Shown piece after piece: positions 1 through 10,525 of a stretch of DNA of 35,981 nucleotides. A program made the translations under genes and the position numbers. The DNA comes from Catajapyx aquilonaris. Taxonomy: Eukaryota. The first letter of the stretch is position 1; the number at the start of each line of letters is the position of its first letter. Location of the stretch: positions 1 to 35,981 of the forward strand of contig JYFJ02003963.1 of assembly GCA_000934665.2 (NCBI GenBank), given 5' to 3'. A model generated the notes under the pieces. That model was given only the letters and a program-made list of their open reading frames with translations, did not search any database and was not told where the DNA came from.

Positions 1-95
1 AGCTCAAGGGGGACTATATTAAAAAATGATTAGGAGGATTTCAATAAAGGTGTTCATTTTGATACTCAGGTAGATAAATTATTGAACCACCCTCG
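1..95 (+). mobile_element. 3' end of a mariner-like element (truncated by the window edge)
   Basis: GGG GAC TAT ATT AAA AAA TGA (GDYIKK*, typical mariner transposase C-terminus), then a right TIR ...ttattgaaccaccctcg followed by TA at 96-97. Confidence 0.75.
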
Positions 96-530
96 TAATT
101 ATCCATTCTAAAGTCCAGATAATCTTCATGGAAACTTTTTATCACATCCTGTGTATAACCCCACCACTCCATTTTTTGGGGGTGTCCCAATATTTTCAGA
201 TCAGAGCAAGTATATGTATGAAGCAGCTGCAAATATCCTACACAGACGAAACAGTTTGTGGCATTGTTCACATTGGACACACACTTTTTGATGCAAAAGT
301 TATAATTTTTAAAGTAACTAATGAATAATTATTTAATAAATATTTGACAAGGAAATAGGTACTTAATGTTATGGGTATTTAATATTGAGTGTCTGTTTCT
401 GAGGTGGGCAGGGGTGGGGGGTGGGACGGGTTGTTTTTAGGTTTATTCTCATGAGTATTATTAGTTCATATGTTGGGTTAGCTTGCGTCTCCCTTCATCG
501 CTGACTACCCCTCATAGGGAAATGTCGTGA

Positions 531-550
531 TGTTGTTGTTGTTGTTGTTG
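531..550. repeat. (GTT)n microsatellite
   Basis: tgttgttgttgttgttgttg seen directly. Confidence 0.9.
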
Positions 551-637
551 AAATAGGTACTAAGGCAAACCAGTATCATCAATACCATCTGATCACAATG
601 TCAGGCATCCCCTCTTATGTATGTGATTTTCAATATA

Positions 638-1031
638 CAGGGTGGTCCAACTTTTTTGACCGAACAGCTATTGACAAATTCGGCCTAAGCTGCTTATGTT
701 GTAGTGCGTTACCTGGCAACCCTGTCCGGCGGGCCAATTCAAACATCAGCACATGGAGAGCGCTTCCATTGTTGCCACTGTTTACAAATCGAGTGAGTGA
801 CGCGGACGACCCAGCGACGGGTCTCTGCCTGCTTACACATCAGTAGCAAGGGATAAGCAGGGAAAATAATGATGTTACTTAGAACAATGGAAAGAACACG
901 TAGCACTCGTCTCCATGTGCTGATGTTTGAATTGGCCCGCCGGCCGGGGTTGCCAGGTAACGCACTACAACATAAGCAGCTTAGGCCGAATTTGTCAATA
1001 GCTGTTCGGACAAAAAAGTTGGACCACACTG
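638..1031. mobile_element. Tc1/mariner-type MITE with ~120-bp inverted arms
   Basis: TA|cagggtggtccaactttttt... and ...aaaaaagttggaccacactg|TA. Arms ~638-759 and ~910-1031 are near-perfect reverse complements. Confidence 0.9.
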
Positions 1032-1058
1032 TATATCTTGAACCCACTAATAACTCAC

Positions 1059-4000
1059 CAATGACAGCTGGACTTTTCCCTGCTGTATGCATAACTCCAG
1101 AAAAAGTCTGATGGAATCCTCTGATGGCAATCCCATAATGTCTTCCACTTCGCCTAAAAGTTTTTTGAAGAGTGCTTCTGCAATGGTGAAGTCACCCATT
1201 TGTAACGATATGGTCATGGCGTCACCCAGCATTGGTCCTGTCCATCTGTCAGGAGAAAGTAGGAAATGATGATGAAATTGGTTCAACAAAGCACGTACCA
1301 AATCAGTGCAAATACTGCAGTATTTATCTGACAGGATAGATGCCATTATACACTATACATACGAGGTGCAGTCAAAAATTACTTGCGCGTATTTTTTTTT
1401 AGCCATTGCGCATGACATTTACATATTTGCACTTCAAGGAACATGAAATCCAGCCCATGTGGGATTTTTTGATAAAGGTTTCAAATTTCGCACTGACCGG
1501 ACGCCTGTTTCGCAGCCCTGCAAACAGAGGGCCTTACCGACACTAGCAAAATGGCGGACTTCAGCAAAGCCGATCAGCGTGTTGTGGTGCGATTTCTTTT
1601 TCTGCAAGGGAAAAGTGCTCCTGCGATCCTTAAAGACATGCAGGCCATATGTGGGAACTCCGTCATGCCCTTACGGACGATCCAGTGGTGGGTGAAGGAG
1701 TTCAAGGAAGGGCGTACAAGTGTGACGCATTCCTCAGGGGCTGGCCACCCGTTGACCGCCACAAACGACGCCACTGTCAGCCGTGTGGAGGAACTTGTCA
1801 TGGGCGACAGGCGGATCACTGTGGACGCTATAGCCAATGTCATGAACATTTCGCATGGTTCTGTTCATACCATTATGCACGATCATCTGAAGATGTACAA
1901 AGTCCAAAATGAAAAAGAAATCGCACCACAACATGCTGATCGGCTTTGCTGAAGTCCGCCATTTTGCTAGTGTCGGTAAGGCCCTCTGCTTGCAGGGCTG
2001 CGAAACAGGCGTCCGGTCAGTGCGAAATTTGAAACCTTTATCAAAAAATCCCACATGGGCTGGATTTCATGTTCCTTGAAGTGCAAATATGTAAATGTCA
2101 TGCGCAATGGCTAAAAAAAAATACGCGCAAGTAATTTTTGACTGCACCTCGTATGTATGCAAATTTTCAATGAGGTCAGAAAAAAAAACTGCTGGCTTCC
2201 TAATATGAACTGAGGCTCAAGGGAAGAGCCATTTTCTTATTTCATAGGTATTCAGTCGACTCCCAAATTTACCCATAAATTCTAGAACATATCCACATAC
2301 CACACAACAAAGTGAACCCACCTCAACACTTGGCTTCGGCTGGTTCTCCTGTGGCCATCCTCCTGTGGCTCCATCATGGCTACTATCTCCTTCAGAATGA
2401 CACCAAATTTCCCTCCCTCTTCTTCCTCTTCCCCAGCTTCCTCAGGATGAGCAGCCATGATTTTCAGCAGCAGTCCCAACATTCCCTCCCTGGTTAAGTG
2501 GTCAAAAAGGACGAGGTCAGACCAAAGCCTGGGTAAGTGGCTTATAGCCTCCATCCTCAACATCTTGGCTGCTTCTCCTTCCTCTTCTCCTTTCCTCTGC
2601 ACTTCACCTCCCACCAGCCTCAGAATGGCCTCCATCACACTGGGCTCTGGTGTGTACACATTTGGGACTAGATGATGGTACAGATGCATCACATCCGCAA
2701 GAGATTCCTGGCTTATCTTCACCATAAAGTAATGTCGACTGAAATGAGGGCAAAGTTTAGATCAAGTGTTAAAAATCACAAGAATAGAGTGACTCTTCAA
2801 GAATTTTGCATTACATCATGCCATTTGAAAATTACAAGGGTCAGTCAATGGATTCTCAGCTTAACATAGATGGGGTTGATGCGTAAGGATGTGTTGTCAG
2901 TAAATTGTAGTGGCACTCTCTAGATCTAGAACATCACTCGCAAATTTTCATTGCAATTGCATCATACCAATGGGAGTTATTGACCCCTGAAGACGCGAAA
3001 GTGTGGGGTCTTCTGATGATGCAGAAGATCGAGGCTCATGCAGTGATCAAATTCCTTCACAGGAAGGGAATGAGCCCCAGGACATTTATGAAGAAATGCT
3101 AAACAGAGTGGGTTGCAATGATCCATCCTACAGTGTTGTCAAAAAGTGGGCAAGGGAGTTCAAGGTGGGTAGCACAGCCTGGAAGATGACCCCCACCCAG
3201 GCGGCCCAGCAACAGTTAACACTCAGGAGAATGTGGATCACATTCATAATGTGGTGATTGATGACAGTCAACTCACCATAGACCAGATAGCGGGCGATGG
3301 GCATATCAAATGGCAGTGAGCATTCCATCCGGACACAAACCTTGGGGATGCACACGCTGGGAGCCCGATGGGTACCCAGAAACGTGACACCTGATCAGAA
3401 GGCCCATGTTCAGGCATCATTGGAGGTGTATAAGTGGGATACAGATGCTTTCTTGGGTTGATATGTTACACAAGATGAAACGGGGCTTCACCAACATTGC
3501 CCCAGAAATAAAATAGCAGAGTAAGGAGTCACATCATATCGGATCCCCACCTTATCGAAAGTTCTGTGTCGTCCCATCAGCGGGGAAGGTGATGGCTTCC
3601 ATTTTATGGGACTGTGAAGGGCCTCTGCTGGTGGGCATTCTGGAACATTGTTATGTCACTGTTCCCAAAGATGAAGGAAAGTCTGTGTGGGACTCATTTT
3701 GTCAATGACAGTAAGGTGGTCAGTGTCATGCATGAGTGGTTGGGTGGGGTGGGGAAAGAATTTCATTTGGGGAGAATCAGAGTTTGCAGCACAGATGGGA
3801 GACATGCATTAGTGTTAGGAGGGACTATGTTGAGAAGTCACAATAAATTGGTGACCATGAAAAAAGTCTTTCTGTTCAAGGCCGATAATATTGACTGACC
3901 CTCGTATAACCAAGTGTGCCAAAATTGTGGATTAAACTGTCAAAAACTGCTGGCCCAGTGTGCAGCTGAACCTTCTCTCTCTATCCTTCCCTTCCAGGCA

Positions 4001-7000
4001 ATGATATGCTTCACCTTCACTTCCACCTCCAAAGCTAATCCGCATCATACACTTCCTCCTCCACAATCCTTCATCATCATCATCTGAAGAGCAGAGTGCC
4101 AACTAGTTCAAATACACACTGGGATAGCAGTACCTAGCAACTGATGCAACATGTAAAATTATGTAACTTATTAAGGCCCATTCACACAGGCCGTCGACAG
4201 TTTTGGTTTTGGTTTTGGTTTTGGACCAATCAGAGCGGGCCCTCACGGTAACCATGACGCGTTGTTTACGTGAGGGCCCGTTCTGATTGGTCCGCGGAGT
4301 CGACGAGACCAAAAACCAAAACCGTCGACGGCCTGTGTGAATGGGCCTTGAATGGGCCTTTAGTCAACAAAAAAACACTTCCATTCCATTCCTAAAGTGA
4401 TCACATCACACTGCTCGTCTAACATGCACAAACTAGTCTTACTAGTAGACAGACTCCTTGTATGAATCTCCAATGAACTTGTAGTTGTTTCCCTTGGTGA
4501 GAATGGCATGCAACCTGTCAGCATGTTGAGGGGAATGCAGATGGTTCCTGCAGGCTTCCATGGCCGACATGAAGAAGAAAGTGTCCATAGCATCACGTGG
4601 GTCAATATCCGTGGTAGACTCGAGCTGGCTCATGATGGAATCAAGGATGCCACTTGGTGGGCCTCCTGAAAAACAACACTTTCTTGTCAGTGACTCTTGG
4701 AAGCACAAGCTGCATAAAACGACATTGCACCTGCACATCTGCCCACTCAGCAAACCCTCCCTCACTCACAGTACCAAGGCGTTATGGAAAAGGACAACAC
4801 TTGTACACCATTATAAGGAAAATAAAAGGTACCATGTCAGATGCCCAGGAGGTGCACTAACCCAAATAATTAACTGTATAAAAATCAGAAATATGTCGGA
4901 GGGGGATTTGGCTCAAGTAATGAACCAATCCAATCATATGTGGCTGATATCAATGTCATATTTTGTGATTCTTCACATCACTTCATACCATAAAAAGGTA
5001 GGTCAACCCACCATAATCACTTACAAGTGCGCCAAAAAAAGATGACATTGTCCCAGAATCTCAGACTTATTCCCAGGTGTGGCAGTTATTCAGTAAAAAT
5101 TAATAAAACTGCATTGACACCTTAGCTTCTCCAAACAAACCTCCAAAGTGCAACAGTAAACAGGCAATACTTACTTCCTGGACAGAATATGTTGACAAGG
5201 TAGTAGTAAGATGCAAGGCTGGGACTTATCCCTATCTGTTTAAACTCTGACATGATCTGAAGTGATACTGAACGGGAAATCTGTAGTGAGTTGAATGTTG
5301 TGAGGCAATCAAGGGTTGAGTTAAGACTCCCAAGGTTGGGCATCACTCCATCTGACTGCATGTTCTTCAGGAGCTCCTGCAAGGAATCCAGTCTATTTAA
5401 AGCTACACCCATCTTGTTAATGCTTGTGTACACATTCACATCTTATTGCTTGCAAGGGAAGAATGGACACAGTGACGGCACAATTCCAAACTCAAATACA
5501 GTAGAACCCCGATTATATCCGTCACCCACAGGACAGGGGCATTGTCGGATGACAGAAATGGTAGGATAATCCTAGGAGCAAAGGAAAACACAACAAAAAA
5601 CATTAAAAATCATGAAATCATGTAAAATAGTATGCTTTTCACAGAAATAGGGAAGTATTAATCTTTTACGTACACACACTGCTGTTTAAAATTTAACTAA
5701 GGCAATACAAAAAAAAATGATAACTAGGCCTGCATTACACTATTTGAAGAGTAAACATACATTTACTGCTGGAGCAGGATGGTCGGATAATGAGGTTCTA
5801 CTGTACAAACAGTTTCTCACTAGTAGGTCGTCTGGCATGCATTGAACTTGTTGGCCCAAGACAAGTCAAAAGTGTACGGGTGAGAAATGCGGACCAATTA
5901 CTTTAAAATATCAGAGATCAACATTTTCTTGTACTGTACAATAAAAAAACACTTCAATATTTATAGCACCACAATAATTATAAACATCACTTTACCTGCA
6001 CTAGCTGCCATTTCAGCTCATCTCCTTCCCTGAGAAAATGCACTGCCCTGATGACAGCATTAGTTGTGTCGGCATCAACAATCATCCCCTTCTCCCTGAG
6101 TGAACAATACTCCTCGTAGGACTGGTCTGCCTTTAAGTAGCGGCACATACCCCGGATTAAGGCACATTTTGCCCTCATTGCCTCTGCTCCACCTGCTGCT
6201 GAAATACCATCCAGGAGGGAAGGTATCAAGGGATTAACTTTCCATGTGGTCCTCAGCCTGTCCTTGTTGCGCTCCCTTCCTTCCATCCCTGCTTTAAACC
6301 AGCGTTCTTCCAACCAGTCCTCTTCCAGGGGTTCCTCTCCATTGAAGAAGCAAATAAGTTCTAGTAGAGACTGCTTTGTTTCGACTGACACTTGCCTAGA
6401 AAACGCACCATAGTCATGTAACTGTGTCAGTAGGGTGAGAAATTAACAGCATAAAAAATTACATACTCAATAAGGCCCTTCTTTGCCAGGAGGTCATACA
6501 CTTTCACAGCCTCCTCAACTCTAACATCTTCGATTAGTGATTTTAAGATATCTTCATTGACTTTGCTCTCCTCATCGTAAACTTGCTCGGGGTAGAATGG
6601 CTGAAAGGCATCCAAACTTGAATGAGTGCTCCACAAAGGCATTATAGCAATTTTTATATGTATTACATTTGTACACTACACACCATAATGTCAGGACTGG
6701 CCAGCCTGTGGTTGAAGTACTTTGAATGCTCCTGCCTGACCCACCGAGCTGCTTTTCTGCCTGACTCTTTGGCCAGTGCAAATGTCCTCTTGCCAACATT
6801 GGAAGAGGGGATGAGGAATGGATCATCCTCATACTTGTAGTGGGGTGCAGTTGGGTCACGTTTCACAGTGGCTGACAGTGCCTGACGGGTGAAAAAGGAA
6901 CTAGATGAGTAAATAATAATAAATTAAGCAAAGAAAATCATGCAGAAAACGCCCTGACAAGTTCAAGGCTGCATATTTTTAGAACAGTCCTGCAGATAGC

Positions 7001-9796
7001 AGAGGCTCTTGCTCCTATAGAAGCAAATCAATATACTCGCTTTGCGAGGCGGGGGGGCTCCGCCCCCCCACACCCCCCTTGGGGCTCCGCCCCAATTGGC
7101 GCGCCTTCGGCGCTACGCGTTCCCGCCCGGGCGTACCCAGCACCGCTAGAGAGCTGGAAATAATAACCTGGAGTTCGTCGTCAACGGAGTGACCTATTTT
7201 CCGCCTAATCCATCCTGTTACAGAAATCCATCTGTTTACAGAACCCGTGACGTCACGGTCCCCAAAGGTATGACGGTATGAGAATGCGCCCCTAGATGAA
7301 AAGTGGGGTGGGGGCCAGGGGGAGGGGGTGTAACCATATGTGAGCTGAGAGGTCTCCGGAGATGAGGGTGAATGGGCCATTGTTCTTTCCCGGCTTAACG
7401 ACAAACAGATGTTCCTTGTGGAGTGGGCAAAAGTCGACTTTTTGCCAGCTCGAAAACGGCTGGGAATTTTGGCATTTTGAGGATTTTTGGACAATGTATA
7501 TCGACCGCAAGGAATCCAACGGAATTTCGACCACAGCTCTACGACCTCGGGAGGTGCGAAATCTTTTCCATCCTATATCCTATATCCTATATCCTATATC
7601 CTCGGCGTGGGGCTTTATATATATTAGATTCTTCCATGGGTATCAGCTACATTTTCTAATGTTTTGCCTGCCCAGATTTGTTTGCCAACCCTTCTAGTCA
7701 GGGTTCTGAACCGAACCGAACCCTTGCTCCTTGAAACCGATAACAGCGGAGCCACTCCGGAGAAGTAGAGCCGGGTTTGGAGCGAGCGTCGGAGCTTGGT
7801 TTGGGTTCCAGCCGGTTCAGGGGGAGAGTGGAGCCAAGGTTGGAGCGGGTCCGGAGTTTGGTTCGGGCCAACGGCTCCGGAGCTGAACCTGGTTCCGGAG
7901 GGAGGTTCGGAGCGGTTCAGAGCTTGGTTAAGTCCAACATACCAACGCAATGGGGGGGAAAGGCAGAAAAACTTCTGCATTTACTCCAGCATATGCATCA
8001 TGTTTTCATGGTGGCAGAATGACATTTCCAAGCACCTGCGATACAGGGTGTACCGCAAATGTCACAGTTTTATGTCAGACGCATTTTTGGATGTTACAAT
8101 AATGTCATACACATTTTTTGGGTGTCACATTTTCATGTCATACGCATTTTTTGTATGTCACAATAATGTCATACACATTTTTTGGGTGTCACATTTTCAT
8201 GTCATACGCATTTTTTGTATGTTACAATATTATATTGTAACATACAAAAAATGCGTATGACATGAAAATGTGACATACAACTAATGCATAATATGACCAT
8301 TAGCTCTTGGTATGACATGAAAATGTGGCATCCAAAAAATGCGTATGAACTGAATATGACAAAAATGACAGTCTGGAAGGTGTTGACCATTAACCTGGAC
8401 ACTGATATGAAAAATGCGGCTTCATCAGTGAAGACGAGCCATTCTACAAAACCACCGTCCTCCAACCTTGACTGCATTTCCCAGCGAAAGTCACTTCTTT
8501 TCACCTTGTCTGCTGGTGTTAGGGCCTGCACCAACCGCAACTTGTATGATTTGACACAAAACCTTCCAGACTGTCGTTTTTTTGCATGTTCAGGTCCTTG
8601 CTTCCTTCAGTCACTGACTTTCCCCAAAAACACAGAATGCCTTCTCCTGTAGAGTCGCCATTTTGGAAACTGGGCCCACAGTGACCCTGCAGTGACCATA
8701 AATGAACTGTTGGTATCTCATCTCAAACTTGGACCTTTGCTCTTCCTAATGGTGCAGGGTACACCCATGTAAGGTTGTAAACAGCTGTTTTATTAACTTA
8801 CAAAACCCTACCATTCTTTTATAAACACCCTGTATTGTGACATACAACAAATGCTTTTGACATTAAAATGAGACATTCAAAAAATGCGTCTGACATAAAA
8901 CTGTGACATTTGCGGTACACCCTGTATTGCAGGTGCTTGGAAATGTCATTCTGCCACCATTAAAACATGACACATACGCTGGAGTAAATCCAGCGGTTTT
9001 TCTGCCTTTCCCCCCCGTTGCATTTGTATGTTGAACCTAACCAAGCTCTGAACCGCTCCAAACCTCCCTCCAGAACTGGGTTCAGCTCCGGAGCCGTTGG
9101 CTCGAACCAAACTCCGGAGCAAGCTGGCAAGCTCCCAACCATGCTCCCAACCAAACTCCGGACCCGCTCCGACCTTGGCTCCACTCTACCCCTGAACTGG
9201 CTCGAACCCGAACCAAGCTCCGATGCTCGCTCCAGACCCGGCTCTACTGTTATCGGGTTCACGGAGCAAGGGTTTGGTTCACAACCCTGCTTCTAGTCAC
9301 AGGTGCCCAGCAAAATGACAGAACAGTCAGGCAACATGTAGTCGTGTTCTACAGTATTATGAAACAATGTTTAAGCTACGCTGAAACTATTGTTACACAT
9401 GCAGACACAGAGGAAATATGCAAGCGTTTTCCCTCCTTTTTTTTTGTTTCGCATTACCCCATGTGTCCAGGATTTCCCCATTTGCACTGATCAAGTAAAA
9501 GCAAACCTTAAGTATGTCTGTGGGTCCACGATGAATATACTTGGGGACCACAACAGCCGCATCGTTGCTGGCCTGGCGTATTCCCCTGAAAAGAGACACA
9601 CGTGACAAACAACCGCTGATAATACATGTCAAACTCAGTCGGACACACCGGCCAGCAGCCTACTGCAATGGCCACATGAAGCCGCATCATCAGTGACGGG
9701 AGAGTTCATCATCAAAATTGCAACAACTTACGCTATGAAGGAATTTCCCAGATATTTCCCGCAGCCACAAAACGTGGGAAGCCGACTCAGCGCCAT
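1059..9796 (-). CDS. PTCD3: Pentatricopeptide repeat domain-containing protein 3 (mitochondrial small ribosomal subunit protein mS39); multi-exon, 3' end not found in window
   Basis: Phase-consistent GT-AG exons: 9796-9732, 9585-9507, 6881-6684, 6600-6467, 6395-5996, 5376-5175, 4665-4443, 2738-2322, 1245-1059 (635 codons, no stop reached). Diagnostic motifs: IHRGPTDILKALSATVKRDPTAPHYKYEDDPFLIP, LAKESGRKAARW, PSLASYYYL, FIGDSYKESVYY, LVPNVYTPEP, LPRLWSD. Confidence 0.92.
1362..2151 (+). mobile_element. Rearranged mariner derivative with two 5' ends (241-bp inverted arms)
   Basis: TA|cgaggtgcagtcaaaaatt...aatttttgactgcacctcg|TA. Arms 1362-1602 and 1911-2151 differ at about 2 positions, and each contains the transposase 5' UTR and first ~17 codons. 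Confidence 0.92.
1551..1952 (+). CDS. Truncated mariner transposase: N-terminal bipartite HTH DNA-binding domain only (133 aa)
   Basis: MADFSKADQRVVVRFLFLQGKS...WVKEFKEGRTSV...GHP...DRRITVDAIA...ISHGSVHTIMHDHLKMYKV matches mariner HTH1/HTH2. It stops before the WVP linker and DD34D domain, and the last ~14 aa are read from the inverted arm. Confidence 0.8.
   Translation: MADFSKADQRVVVRFLFLQGKSAPAILKDMQAICGNSVMPLRTIQWWVKEFKEGRTSVTHSSGAGHPLTATNDATVSRVEELVMGDRRITVDAIANVMNISHGSVHTIMHDHLKMYKVQNEKEIAPQHADRLC
2835..3904 (+). mobile_element. Degenerate, internally deleted mariner element
   Basis: TIRs TA|caagggtcagtcaat and attgactgaccctcg|TA. Frameshifted transposase remnants: KKWAREFK, WVPRNVTPDQK, VTQDETG, GKVMASIL, GDYVEK. 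Confidence 0.85.
4175..4347. mobile_element. PIF/Harbinger (Tourist-like) palindromic MITE
   Basis: TAA|ggcccattcacacaggccgtcgac ... gtcgacggcctgtgtgaatgggcc termini, an internal second hairpin, and (ggtttt)n subterminal repeats. The superfamily is inferred from the terminal motif and TAA flank. Confidence 0.7.
5499..5803. mobile_element. pogo/Tigger-like MITE
   Basis: TA|cagtagaaccccgattat ... ataatgaggttctactg|TA. Confidence 0.75.
7030..7628 (-). mobile_element. Probable non-autonomous Helitron/Helentron-like element
   Basis: Minus-strand 5' end A|TCTAATATATATAAAG, followed by an (ATAGGAT)n microsatellite. The GC-rich far end has short hairpins (gcgccgaaggcgc; ctcgcaaagcgag-tata). No canonical CTRR|T 3' end was found, so that boundary is approximate. 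Confidence 0.45.
7570..7602. repeat. 7-bp tandem repeat (ATCCTAT)x4+
   Basis: atcctatatcctatatcctatatcctatatcct seen directly. Confidence 0.85.
8044..8924. mobile_element. Tc1/mariner-type MITE nested in the hAT element
   Basis: TA|cagggtgtaccgcaaatgtcacagttttatgtcagacgcatttt and its exact reverse complement ending at 8924|TA. Internal ~64-bp tandem duplication (8098, 8162) and a ~43-bp perfect hairpin centred on 8231. Confidence 0.85.
8370..8832 (-). pseudogene. 5' fragment of a Tc1/mariner-superfamily element with a broken transposase
   Basis: TIR cagggtgtttataaaaagaatgg at 8832 with TA. ATG at 8661 (MATLQEKAFCV...), then YKLRLVQALTPADKVKR...LVFTDEAAF (first catalytic D motif). Confidence 0.75.
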
Positions 9797-10525
9797 CTTG
9801 GACTGGCAGCAGGAGAGCCAACAGCCGAACAGCGGAGCCAACAGCAGGTGCGAATCGCAACTGCGACTTATTTAATTCTGGATCACTGTACCTACAATAA
9901 CGGTGAATAAGAAATATAATTGAGCAAAAAAAAAATGTCGTTTCTTTCAGTGTTATTATTGCAATTGTAGATCAGTTCGATAAAAGTACGGTAACCTGGA
10001 AAGGAATGGAGCATATACGTATGATTGAAATCATTGAATAATCGGAATATATATGCAGTAACCTGCTTAAATCTTTTATTGTCGTCTTGAAGGACGAATC
10101 ATCAACAAGTAGCAATAACAACAGGAATATTTCATGACCAAAACAAAAAAAACCAAGTGTCATTATGTCCATCACCTGATGGGTGACTGGGTGTAAATGT
10201 TGTAAGAACGAATACTTTATTATAGTAAATAGTCTACGTGGTATTGCATGCGGTGCTACATCCAGTACCTGTCATTCAGCTAGGACTATATAAATAAAAT
10301 GCAACACAAGACATCAATATTAGTATGCCTATATAGAAGTGAGGAGAGGTGGAGGTGTCTCTTATGATGACTTCATTTGTCATATCAGCACTTGCTAAAT
10401 ATCACTTAACTCTTCACGGACGTAAGTAGACATCCATAAACGTCCCAGTAAAATAATGGCTCAATTTAACTGCAAATAAATCATTTGACACATGACAGAT
10501 CCATTATTACTGCAAACACACATCT

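Larger units (their letters stand above)
7699..9289. mobile_element. hAT-type non-autonomous palindromic element with nested insertions
   Basis: Termini cagggttctgaacc / ggttcacaaccctg. Perfect 8-bp TSD CTTCTAGT at 7691-7698 and 9290-9297. Inverted arms 7699-8041 and 8927-9289. Confidence 0.9.

Noticed and set aside
41..600. Possible final PTCD3 exon or ORF 41-280.
   Set aside because: No phase-0 exon with recognisable PTCD3 similarity was found, and the ORF runs into a mariner end.
1926..1946. The mariner ORF tail PQHADRL is identical to a heptapeptide in the host PTCD3 exon (~4512-4532, SPQHADRLH).
   Set aside because: The mariner tail is simply the antisense reading of the element's own first codons. 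DNA identity is limited to ~13 nt with different codons elsewhere, so it is best explained as coincidence.
598..2054. Pairs of ORFs with identical peptide segments on opposite strands (598+/739-, 1459+/1734-; also 7777+/8960-, 31570+/33492-).
   Set aside because: They are artefacts of inverted-repeat arms, not duplicated genes.
4200..4224. (TTTTGG)4 telomere-like repeat.
   Set aside because: Short, and part of the MITE subterminal arm, mirrored at 4309-4323.
8095..8350. CRISPR-like or regularly spaced repeats.
   Set aside because: These are tandem and inverted subterminal repeats inside a MITE, with no unique spacers, no cas genes, and a eukaryotic context.
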